The notes below the pieces were generated by a model. That model was not told the DNA's origin and made no database searches. It worked only from the letters and a program-made list of their open reading frames with translations. Both the position numbers and the translations under genes were made by a program. Of a stretch of 42,364 nucleotides of DNA, positions 6,332-13,499 are shown piece by piece (within the stretch, counting starts at the first letter, position 1; the number at the start of each line of letters is the position of its first letter). Origin of the DNA: a virus; IMG/VR virus record IMGVR_UViG_3300020160_000949, positions 1 to 42,364 of that record; one strand, given 5' to 3'.

Positions 6332-7320
6332 CGGTTGATTCCTGTTATATCTGTGAATACTGACCAGTCGAAGTTAGGCAACTCCGTAAAGGCTTTTTTG
6401 TCTGAATCGGTCAACGTAGCCCACATCTCACACCATGCCATTTTGTAGTCAACCTTGCGAAGATAGCCACCTGTTGTAGTGTGTGATGGATTGGCAGACT
6501 TTTCTTCATCGGTCATATCTGAACTATCAATCCATTTAGTTACTTGTACACGACATATTAAATCGTATGCACGACTATTGTAAAAGTCATTACGTGTATA
6601 ACCTGTTACAGGCTTGTTGAACATGATAAGCTGTGGTTCTTCGTTGCAGAACATGCCGCTACTGTAATTACATGAGTTGGCAATGCCCGTGTTCCAGTCG
6701 CCCGTGTTCCAGTCGCCCGTGTTCCTGTTGCCCGTGTTACTGTCGCCCGTGTTCCAGTCGCCCGTGTTCCTGTCGCCCGTGTTACTGTTGCCCGTGTTAC
6801 TGTCGCCCGTGTTACTGTTGCCCGTGTTACTGTCGCCCGTGTTCCTGTTGCCCGTGTTCCTGTATCCCGTGTTCCTGTATCCCGTGTTACTGTTGCCCGT
6901 GTTACTGTCGCCCGTGTTACTGTTGCCCGTGTTCCAGTCGCCCGTGTTCCTGTTGCCCGTGTTCCTGTATCCCGTGTTCCTGTATCCCGTGTTCCAGTCG
7001 CCCGTGTTCCGTAACCCTGTATTTCCTTTCCCCTCATTGGCTAATACAAGCATTTCAGACCATGTTAGTTCACGGACAATCAGCAACGCATTAGTTACGT
7101 GCTTATCGTCTCCTTTTACTACGTCTCCGGTCGCTTCAACCTCAAATACCTTGTTCTTCGGGTCGAACGAATAGTAATTGAAACAGTCTGCAACTTTCTC
7201 GCAGAAATGATACCCGTGTTCGCACATCACAGGTGCGCCTGTTACAGTGTAGGTTTGTCCTACCTCAAATTTTACGCTGCGACAAGTGTAGTCGTTGTTG
7301 GTTACTTTGTAGCCTTTCAT
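6328..7320 (-). CDS. Pentapeptide-repeat protein: about 99-aa N-terminal globular domain, 23 NTGxx repeats, about 115-aa C-terminal domain
   Basis: The translation shows NTGLR NTGDW NTGYR ... NTGIA, 23 consecutive units. The N-terminus KGYKV..C..V.F..G.TY...G.PVMCEHGYHFC resembles a domain widely fused to such repeats in phage and bacterial proteins. Confidence 0.8.
   Translation of the reverse strand: MKGYKVTNNDYTCRSVKFEVGQTYTVTGAPVMCEHGYHFCEKVADCFNYYSFDPKNKVFEVEATGDVVKGDDKHVTNALLIVRELTWSEMLVLANEGKGNTGLRNTGDWNTGYRNTGYRNTGNRNTGDWNTGNSNTGDSNTGNSNTGYRNTGYRNTGNRNTGDSNTGNSNTGDSNTGNSNTGDRNTGDWNTGDSNTGNRNTGDWNTGDWNTGIANSCNYSSGMFCNEEPQLIMFNKPVTGYTRNDFYNSRAYDLICRVQVTKWIDSSDMTDEEKSANPSHTTTGGYLRKVDYKMAWCEMWATLTDSDKKAFTELPNFDWSVFTDITGINR
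6679..7023. repeat. 15-bp tandem repeat array (23 units) with a 105-bp higher-order duplication
   Basis: Plus-strand unit GTTNNNNNNCCCGT. 6781-6885 and 6886-6990 differ at only 2 of 105 positions (gttactgtc vs gttccagtc). Confidence 0.95.
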
Positions 7321-7379
7321 ATCATTTTAGTTTTTAGCACCCGTACACACTCGGCGTATCGGATTGGTTAATGAATTGA

Positions 7380-7610
7380 TTAGCACCCGTAATGACCTCC
7401 ATCAGGGTGTGGATTGTTCACAATAGGCGCATTCCTCACCTCATTCCTCACAGTCGGTTCAGGCGGTTCGCCGTAGCCTGATATTTCAGATGCCTTGTTG
7501 AATCCTTCGACCCAACGTTTTGTACCGTATTCGTGGATTAGCAATAGTAGCCGCTGACCTTGTTCGTCGCTAAGTAGTGCGAGTTCCTGTATTATCTGTT
7601 CCATTATCAA
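7380..7610 (-). CDS. Hypothetical protein (76 aa)
   Basis: ORF-track entry, minus-strand operon. Confidence 0.5.
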   Translation of the reverse strand: MIMEQIIQELALLSDEQGQRLLLLIHEYGTKRWVEGFNKASEISGYGEPPEPTVRNEVRNAPIVNNPHPDGGHYGC

Positions 7611-7670
7611 AAGTTTTGTATCAATGCCGCTAACAGCACGATGATGATGAATGTTAGGATGTCCTTTGTT

Positions 7671-7907
7671 TTAGTTGCCATTGTCATTACGATTTAATTG
7701 TTCGTCTTCTATTCGCATATCCGCTTCCGTTTCGATTCGCTCAAGTTCCTCATCGTGTTCGGTTTGACGCTCACGTTCCCAGTCCATACCCGCACGGTAG
7801 GCTTCGGACTTAGCGAGGTGGAAGATGCCGAGAAACATGCTCTGTTGGTCTTTTGGCGTGTTGTACAGTTCAAACGCCTTTTGTAGTAATTCGATTGATT
7901 TTTTCAT
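7671..7907 (-). CDS. Hypothetical protein (78 aa), acidic C-terminal half
   Basis: ORF-track entry, minus-strand operon. Confidence 0.55.
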   Translation of the reverse strand: MKKSIELLQKAFELYNTPKDQQSMFLGIFHLAKSEAYRAGMDWERERQTEHDEELERIETEADMRIEDEQLNRNDNGN

Positions 7908-7913
7908 TGTTAT

Positions 7914-8090
7914 TTAGTTTTGGTTGTTATCGTTTTCTTCTTCTTCGTCTGAATCGTCCCATAGTCCGTCTTCCTCTTCCCACCCATCATAGTCATCATC
8001 CATATCAACGGGTTCTACTTCTTCGGGGCGGGTGTCGTCATCCTCTAACGGATTGTGATGCTCTGGCGTGTAGTCGAATGGGTGTATCAT
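7914..8090 (-). CDS. Highly acidic small protein (58 aa, 26 Asp/Glu, 1 Arg), below the ORF-track cutoff
   Basis: Hand translation MIHPFDYTPEHHNPLEDDDTRPEEVEPVDMDDDYDGWEEEDGLWDDSDEEEENDNNQN. Its stop lies 7 nt before the next ATG. Confidence 0.6.
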   Translation of the reverse strand: MIHPFDYTPEHHNPLEDDDTRPEEVEPVDMDDDYDGWEEEDGLWDDSDEEEENDNNQN

Positions 8091-8123
8091 AGTTGTTTGT
8101 ATGCTGCTCCACGTGTTGGTGGG

Positions 8124-8348
8124 TTAGTGAGTAGTAACGTATGTTTTGTATTCTGATTCTGTCATGTTTTCGAAAAATTGAACATTGTATGCGTGGTCGT
8201 TTACATTACCTGTTGCCATGTAGTACGCAATTCCTAAGTTCAACCTTACATGCTTAGGCAAGCTTGTGTACCTGCGAAATCCTAATGACATTGAGGCGTC
8301 ATTGTATGTTTTCGATGTTACTATTTTTTTGTAGGTAGACGTGTTCAT
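8124..8348 (-). CDS. Hypothetical protein (74 aa), first gene of the leftward block
   Basis: ORF lies about 42 nt downstream of a minus-strand TACCTTTG box. Confidence 0.55.
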   Translation of the reverse strand: MNTSTYKKIVTSKTYNDASMSLGFRRYTSLPKHVRLNLGIAYYMATGNVNDHAYNVQFFENMTESEYKTYVTTH

Positions 8349-8389
8349 ATCATACGTGTATTAATCGCAGCACCATCGCTTTGACATCA

Positions 8390-8397
8390 CAAAGGTA
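8390..8397 (-). promoter_or_regulatory. Bacteroidota-type -7 promoter box (TACCTTTG) for the leftward block
   Basis: Plus-strand CAAAGGTA; matches TAnnTTTG. Lies in the divergent intergenic region 8349-8499. Confidence 0.5.
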
Positions 8398-8499
8398 AAC
8401 ATACTTTTCATAATTCCAACAAAATTCCGAAAAATATTTTTTACGGAAATTATTTGGTTATTCGGATTATCTTTCCGTACTTTGCCGAAACAAAACAAA

Positions 8500-8739
8500 A
8501 TGAAACCAATGAAGGAACTATTTAAACTTGAACGAATCAGGGCTAAAATGCCCGCCAGTAACCGACCGACAAAACACGCTTTCAATATGTTCTTTATCGG
8601 AAAGACCGATGCGCTCACCGAAAAGCAGATACGGAAGATAATCGAAATAATCGACACTGGCAGAAACAACGCAGTTAACTTTCTTAATCGTGAACTAAAT
8701 AAACTCAACAACAATGGCACAACTACAAGTGGGAGATAA
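8500..8739 (+). CDS. Hypothetical protein (79 aa; start set at the ATG of MKPMKELFK)
   Basis: First ORF of the rightward block. The track start at 8482 is TTG; the first ATG is at 8500. Confidence 0.45.
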   Translation: MKPMKELFKLERIRAKMPASNRPTKHAFNMFFIGKTDALTEKQIRKIIEIIDTGRNNAVNFLNRELNKLNNNGTTTSGR

Positions 8740-9049
8740 GGTGTACATAGATAACAAATGGTCTGAATCAATAGTAACTATTGACCGTGTAACAGATAAG
8801 CGTGCATTTTGCGGGAAAATGCAGTTTTATCGTGAATACGAAAACCATGTAAGAAAGGTAGGTGTAGTTAAATGGGACACTACGACATGCAAAATTGCCA
8901 CTGCTGAAATTATATCAGACATGAAATACAGGTCAGCAAAAGCAAGGGCCATTAAGGCGGTAAAAGACGCAAATATTAACCACCTCACCCTCGACCAACT
9001 AACCGCAATTCTTAACATCATAAAACCACAAACCAATGGCACAATTTAA
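8714..9049 (+). CDS. Hypothetical protein (111 aa), paralogue-type N-terminus MAQLQVGDKV
   Basis: Shares an approximately 30-nt start context (CAATGGCACAA.T..AAGT.GGAGATAAGGT) with 9036..9314. Confidence 0.6.
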   Translation: MAQLQVGDKVYIDNKWSESIVTIDRVTDKRAFCGKMQFYREYENHVRKVGVVKWDTTTCKIATAEIISDMKYRSAKARAIKAVKDANINHLTLDQLTAILNIIKPQTNGTI

Positions 9050-9314
9050 AGTAGGAGATAAGGTAAAGTTTGAAGCCGCAGGGCAGTTGAATTTTGGAAC
9101 AATAGAAAAATGGAATGAGAAACATTTGTGTTGGAACGTTATGTGTTCGGACAATTGGACACACGTAACCCCCGAATCGCTTCTTACCCATTGCGACTAT
9201 CTTGCTCCCACTCCCCTCACCATCACCGCAACACTAACAACTGACACAATCCCAACCGATATGATTAAGAAACTATCGGAAGCGGGGTTTTTGATAACGA
9301 TAAAAGCGATATAA
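9036..9314 (+). CDS. Hypothetical protein (92 aa), N-terminus MAQFKVGDKV
   Basis: Tandem paralogue of 8714..9049 at its 5' end. Confidence 0.6.
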   Translation: MAQFKVGDKVKFEAAGQLNFGTIEKWNEKHLCWNVMCSDNWTHVTPESLLTHCDYLAPTPLTITATLTTDTIPTDMIKKLSEAGFLITIKAI

Positions 9315-9335
9315 ACAATCTAAAACAGAACACGT

Positions 9336-9833
9336 ATGGAACAGACAACAAAGACCCATTGGAAGAAACTTGCTCATAGTGACTACCTCGGAGCATACGA
9401 ACTCCTTGACGGCAGCGCAAACGGAAAGGAACTGACCGTAGTAATTCAACAAGTAAAACGTGAACAAGTAGTCGGAGCAGACGGAAAGAAAGAGGAATGC
9501 ACCGTATGCTACCTGCACGGTCAAAAGCCTATGATTCTGAACGCTACGAATCAAAAGACCATGACCAAGATATTCAAGTCGCCTTACATCGAAGACTGGT
9601 CAGGTAAACGCATGACGCTTTATGTTGCAAAGGTCAAAGCGTTCGGTGACACAGTAGATGCGCTACGGGTACGGGACAAAGCTCCAGAACTCGAACAGTT
9701 CACACCAAACCACCCAAAATGGAACGGGGCAATCACAGCACTCAAAGCAGGCAACACCACAATCGAAGCAATCAAGAAAAACTACACACTCACAGCCGAA
9801 AACGAAAAACTACTATGCGATATTTCAAAATAA
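9336..9833 (+). CDS. Conserved-looking phage protein (165 aa), function unknown; overlaps the exonuclease gene
   Basis: ORF overlaps the start of 9815..10603 by 19 nt. No motif that I can name. Confidence 0.6.
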   Translation: MEQTTKTHWKKLAHSDYLGAYELLDGSANGKELTVVIQQVKREQVVGADGKKEECTVCYLHGQKPMILNATNQKTMTKIFKSPYIEDWSGKRMTLYVAKVKAFGDTVDALRVRDKAPELEQFTPNHPKWNGAITALKAGNTTIEAIKKNYTLTAENEKLLCDISK

Positions 9834-10603
9834 GAGCATCAGCAGCGGGGCAGATAATGGGCGAAGTCAATCGCCCAACCCCGCTACAATTGAAACGGCT
9901 TGCTGAATTAGAGGCGAAGGAATCACGCACAGCAAAGCAAGATGAAGAATTAGCCACATTACGGGCGAAACGGGACGCAAAACCCGAATTGTCTAAAGGT
10001 GCTAAGACGTACTGCGAAAAGTGGCTAAAAGAGCAACTATACGGGCGTTACGAGCAAATGAGCAACAAGTACGTTGAGAAAGGTATCATGTGCGAAGCGG
10101 ACGGTATTAACCTTGTAGCCGAAGCAATGCAGTACGGATTTATTCAGAAACATGAAGGGCGTGAGGAAAACGAATACTTTGAGGGTGAGTGCGACTTGTT
10201 GCTATCCGAAACGGTCGAGGATATCAAGAATAGCTGGTCATGCTTTACCTTTCCTTTGTTTGCCACTACGCTACCCGAATCGGACTACTTCTATCAGTTG
10301 CAGGTGTACATGAAGCTGTACAATAGAAACAAGGCAGCCGTGAACTATGTGCTGATAAACGCACCCGAAGAAATCATAGACCGCGAGGCGTTGTTTATAT
10401 CACGCAAAGCAGGTTACAGCGAAGTAGATATGGAGTTGTACGATGAGGTGCGGGCTAAGATGACTTATGACGGGTTGCCCTTGTCGCTCAGATTTAAACG
10501 ATTCGAGTTTGACCGTGACGATTCGGTTATTGCACAGATTGAGCAGCAGGTAATACTTTGTAGGGAATACATTAAAACGTTACAGAATGAAATCACGCTA
10601 TAA
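9815..10603 (+). CDS. YqaJ / lambda-Exo-like PD-(D/E)XK recombination exonuclease
   Basis: N-terminus IRASAAGQIMG (YqaJ-type SAS..IMG opening). Catalytic-looking ECDLLL...VEDIKNS (D...E.K). Start trimmed to MRYFK at 9815. Confidence 0.7.
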   Translation: MRYFKIRASAAGQIMGEVNRPTPLQLKRLAELEAKESRTAKQDEELATLRAKRDAKPELSKGAKTYCEKWLKEQLYGRYEQMSNKYVEKGIMCEADGINLVAEAMQYGFIQKHEGREENEYFEGECDLLLSETVEDIKNSWSCFTFPLFATTLPESDYFYQLQVYMKLYNRNKAAVNYVLINAPEEIIDREALFISRKAGYSEVDMELYDEVRAKMTYDGLPLSLRFKRFEFDRDDSVIAQIEQQVILCREYIKTLQNEITL

Positions 10604-11204
10604 ATACGTAGAATACCTCAACCACCAATGGCACGCAGTAGTTCGTGTTGATAAGCAAGTGTTCAGGGCTGGTATATTCCCGTTGACCGATGAGGGCGAA
10701 AAGAAAGCACATGAAGCGGGGGCATTGCGGTTGAAACAGTACCGTAATAGTTCGCTGGTGAGTACCGTGTGCGAGCAATTAGAAGCAGGTGCAATTCACT
10801 ACGAAGATGTGTACCGTATAATCCGTGCAACGCAGATAAACAACCCCGCAAAACGTCCGAGTATTGACGTTATCAACGATGTTGTGTGCGACCATTTCGG
10901 TGTCGACTTTGACTACATTTCGCAGAACAGCCGTAGAAACAAAATCAGATACCCTCGGCAGGTTGCCATGTACTTAATGCGTAAATTCGGGCATATCTAT
11001 CACGAGATAGGCAGATACTACGGGCGTGACCATACAACGGTAATACACACGTTCCAAATGATGAACAACATGGTTGACGTTTACCCGCATGTGGCGACAC
11101 TCGTTAAATCACTTCAATACAAAATCATAACCAATGACACAATTCGAACAATTCACGACAGACCTACGCAGGGTACTATACTTACAACAGGTACTGCGAT
11201 ATAG
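10587..11204 (+). CDS. AP2-like domain plus DnaA domain-IV (DnaA-box-binding HTH) protein
   Basis: SRRNKIRYPRQVAMYLMRKF...EIGRYYGRDHTTVIH aligns with E. coli DnaA [22 protein letters not shown]...EIGDAFGGRDHTTVLH. The N-terminus QWHAVVRVDKQVFRAGIFPLTDEGEKKA is AP2-like. Confidence 0.8.
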   Translation: MKSRYKYVEYLNHQWHAVVRVDKQVFRAGIFPLTDEGEKKAHEAGALRLKQYRNSSLVSTVCEQLEAGAIHYEDVYRIIRATQINNPAKRPSIDVINDVVCDHFGVDFDYISQNSRRNKIRYPRQVAMYLMRKFGHIYHEIGRYYGRDHTTVIHTFQMMNNMVDVYPHVATLVKSLQYKIITNDTIRTIHDRPTQGTILTTGTAI

Positions 11205-11481
11205 TCAGGAAGGGCTACGCACGAATCCGCTAACACCACCGTGGATGAAAACCCACGTTAACAACAGCCACAACCAAATGAAAGCGATGCGTAACGACCT
11301 TATGGTGCGTGGCAAAGCAGAAACATGGGACACGATTTGCGATGACCTAAATTCAGACAGGCTACACGATTTAGCACTACATTTGGACTTTATCGCCCCC
11401 GTTGTTAATATTGCGGAGATAACGGATGTATTAAAAGAACACGCTAAAAACATAAACAATGAACACACAACCGAAATTTAA
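11134..11481 (+). CDS. Hypothetical protein (115 aa)
   Basis: ORF whose start context CCAATGACACAATT resembles that of the 8714 and 9036 genes. The 71-nt overlap with the upstream gene leaves the start uncertain. Confidence 0.45.
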   Translation: MTQFEQFTTDLRRVLYLQQVLRYSQEGLRTNPLTPPWMKTHVNNSHNQMKAMRNDLMVRGKAETWDTICDDLNSDRLHDLALHLDFIAPVVNIAEITDVLKEHAKNINNEHTTEI

Positions 11482-11701
11482 GAAGGGGGATATGGTGAGA
11501 GTAATAGGGTATGATTACATTGCAACAATACGAGAAGTAAACGGTGATTATGCAACAGTAACGCTCTATAATCACACTATTGACTATTTTCGAGTTACAC
11601 AACTCATACTACTCGATTCCCCCACCCCCGACATGCTCGCAATACCTGATGACCATGTGTGGCCAGAAAGAAAGAAACAAACAATCAACAATAAAAACTA
11701 A
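11459..11701 (+). CDS. Hypothetical small protein (80 aa), KKGDMVRV-type beta-rich domain
   Basis: ORF-track entry. Confidence 0.5.
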   Translation: MNTQPKFKKGDMVRVIGYDYIATIREVNGDYATVTLYNHTIDYFRVTQLILLDSPTPDMLAIPDDHVWPERKKQTINNKN

Positions 11702-11706
11702 ACGAG

Positions 11707-11922
11707 ATGAAACTATCAGAAAATCAGAAATTACTACTAAAGAAAATGCGAGTGCGCCAAATGAGATACAGCGCAAAATATGGGTGGTTTGACTTTGACA
11801 ATTCAGCATCAAACGTGCCAACCCTTACCGCTCGTGCGCTCCTAAACAAAGGCATATTCACGATAGACAATGACGGTCTATGCCACCTTACAGAACTTGG
11901 TAAAACAATAGATATTCAATAA
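11707..11922 (+). CDS. Hypothetical small protein (71 aa)
   Basis: ORF-track entry. Confidence 0.5.
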   Translation: MKLSENQKLLLKKMRVRQMRYSAKYGWFDFDNSASNVPTLTARALLNKGIFTIDNDGLCHLTELGKTIDIQ

Positions 11923-11952
11923 CCCGCCTAACGGCACAAAACAAAAACAAAA

Positions 11953-12330
11953 ATGAGTTTAGAAGTAACAGGTAAATTAATCCAAAAGTACGACACAGTA
12001 CAGGTATCAGAGAAGTTCAAAAAGCGTGAGTTCGTAGTTGAGTTGTCCGAAGAAATCAACGGAAACATTTACACTAACCCCGCTAAAATGCAACTGGCAC
12101 AGGCAAAGTGCGACATTATCGACAGGTTCAATGTGGGCGATTCGCTAAAGGTGTCATTTAACATCAAAGGCAATTCCTACGTGGATAAGAAAGACGGTAG
12201 CACTAAGTACATAACCAATCTTGACGCATGGCGGGTCGAGGCGGCAGGTGTAGCGGTGGCAACTGTTAAGATGACTGCTAATGCCGTACCGCCTGCAACC
12301 AATTCAGAGGACTTAGGTCTCCCATTCTAA
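11953..12330 (+). CDS. DUF3127-type OB-fold, SSB-like protein with an acidic C-terminal tip
   Basis: MSLEVTGKLIQ...KKREFVVE...FNVGDSLKVSFNIKG...LDAWRVE and the C-terminal EDLGLPF (compare the SSB DDDIPF tail) match the Bacteroidota DUF3127 pattern as I recall it. Confidence 0.7.
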   Translation: MSLEVTGKLIQKYDTVQVSEKFKKREFVVELSEEINGNIYTNPAKMQLAQAKCDIIDRFNVGDSLKVSFNIKGNSYVDKKDGSTKYITNLDAWRVEAAGVAVATVKMTANAVPPATNSEDLGLPF

Positions 12331-12376
12331 GACATACGTGTTAACCTATTGCCCTATCATTTTTAAACTATACAAT

Positions 12377-12904
12377 ATGAACAAAGAAGAATTTTGGCTA
12401 TCGCAGATGATGGGTAGTTTCGACCCTGAACCGAAGAAGCGAAAGAAGCCCGCAAAGTATCCGATACCACAGGAAGTAAAAGACCGCTACAACGCAGCCC
12501 ATAAGACATGGTTTGAATCAAAGTTCCCCGCTGCGTTCAAGGACGGGCATTACTTGACACCAAAGATACCTGACTATCAAACAGCAAACGGACTAACCAA
12601 CTTCATCACAAATTATCTTGACTGGGTAGGCGGTGACGGAAACAGAATCAACGTTCAAGGTCGACAGGTTCAAGGCAAGTGGATTGCATCGTCTACTAAA
12701 GTCGGAACGGCTGATATTTCCTGCATACACCCTAATGGAACGAGTTTCGATATTGAGATAAAAGTGGGTAAGGACAGGCCTAGTGCGCAGCAGTTAGAAA
12801 GACAGGCAAAGCTGCAACGGCTCGGCAAAATCTATGAGTTTATTTCTACACCAATGCAGTTTTTTGAGTTGTATGATAAAATTGGTAGAATGAAACTTTT
12901 TTAG
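12377..12904 (+). CDS. VRR-NUC domain nuclease
   Basis: GTADISCI...FDIEIKVGKDRPSAQQLERQAKLQRLG matches the VRR-NUC D...E.K...Q core. Start trimmed to the ATG at 12377 (MNKEEF). Confidence 0.65.
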   Translation: MNKEEFWLSQMMGSFDPEPKKRKKPAKYPIPQEVKDRYNAAHKTWFESKFPAAFKDGHYLTPKIPDYQTANGLTNFITNYLDWVGGDGNRINVQGRQVQGKWIASSTKVGTADISCIHPNGTSFDIEIKVGKDRPSAQQLERQAKLQRLGKIYEFISTPMQFFELYDKIGRMKLF

Positions 12905-13012
12905 TAATTTAGCGGTGTATAATTAGTTGCTGGCACAACTGATGTAAACTTATTTTTATCCTGTTTGGGGGCGACTGTGCCAGCGGTCAAACCCAGCAGG
13001 ATTTTTAATTTT

Positions 13013-13498
13013 ATGTACATTGAAAAAGAAAGCTACGAACACAAATTAGCTAAAGACCTTTTGACCATGTGGTTAAAAGAAGAAGAACAAGATAAATTTG
13101 ATGGGATTTATTGTTTCTTTTGTGGTTTAAAGTGGCGCAAAAGCGCAGGTGTATTCCCTGAATTACCGTTTTACGAAACATCGAGCACATGGTATTTTGA
13201 GTGTTCAGGCGGACTAACTGAAGAAAGTTATCCTAACAGACACGATTATTCAAAACACCACGCAGAGGGGTTTGATAAGGGCAAAATCCTATTCAAACCA
13301 GACATTACAATATTTCAGCAAGGGCGTGCAACTGTTATGATTGAGGTGGTACACAAATCGCCTGTATCAGACCACAAACTGCAAGTAATGAAGGAGTTTT
13401 TTAAGAACACCGATGCCGAACTATATACAATAAATTCACGAAGCGTGATTATGAATTACGCAAAACCTACATGGCTAAACTTTCAAAAACTATTCTAA
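13013..13498 (+). CDS. CoiA-like / PD-(D/E)XK-type nuclease
   Basis: ESYEHKLAKDLL near the N-terminus and KPDITIF...VMIEVVHKSPV core. Start trimmed to the ATG at 13013. Confidence 0.5.
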   Translation: MYIEKESYEHKLAKDLLTMWLKEEEQDKFDGIYCFFCGLKWRKSAGVFPELPFYETSSTWYFECSGGLTEESYPNRHDYSKHHAEGFDKGKILFKPDITIFQQGRATVMIEVVHKSPVSDHKLQVMKEFFKNTDAELYTINSRSVIMNYAKPTWLNFQKLF

Positions 13499-13499
13499 T

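Noticed and set aside
6679-7023. Possible CRISPR array, given the regular short repeats
   Set aside because: The units are 15 bp and directly abutting with no spacers, and the array is entirely inside a coding frame. It is a coding tandem repeat, not a CRISPR array.
6606-7174. Three long ORFs (143, 153 and 165 aa) overlapping the pentapeptide-repeat gene on both strands
   Set aside because: They are low-complexity read-throughs of the 15-bp tandem repeat in other frames (TGTRA.., CPC.., PVF.. repeats). Only the NTGxx frame has globular flanking domains and fits the operon.
8361-8771. 136-aa minus-strand ORF spanning the divergent intergenic region
   Set aside because: Hydrophobic, low-complexity translation of AT-rich promoter DNA. 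It overlaps better-supported plus-strand genes and would start inside the rightward block.
12929-12984. 9-bp inverted repeat GCTGGCACA / TGTGCCAGC between the VRR-NUC and CoiA-like genes
   Set aside because: The arms are 38 nt apart with no U-tract or further pairing. It is too weak to call a terminator or operator; it is recorded here as an observation only.
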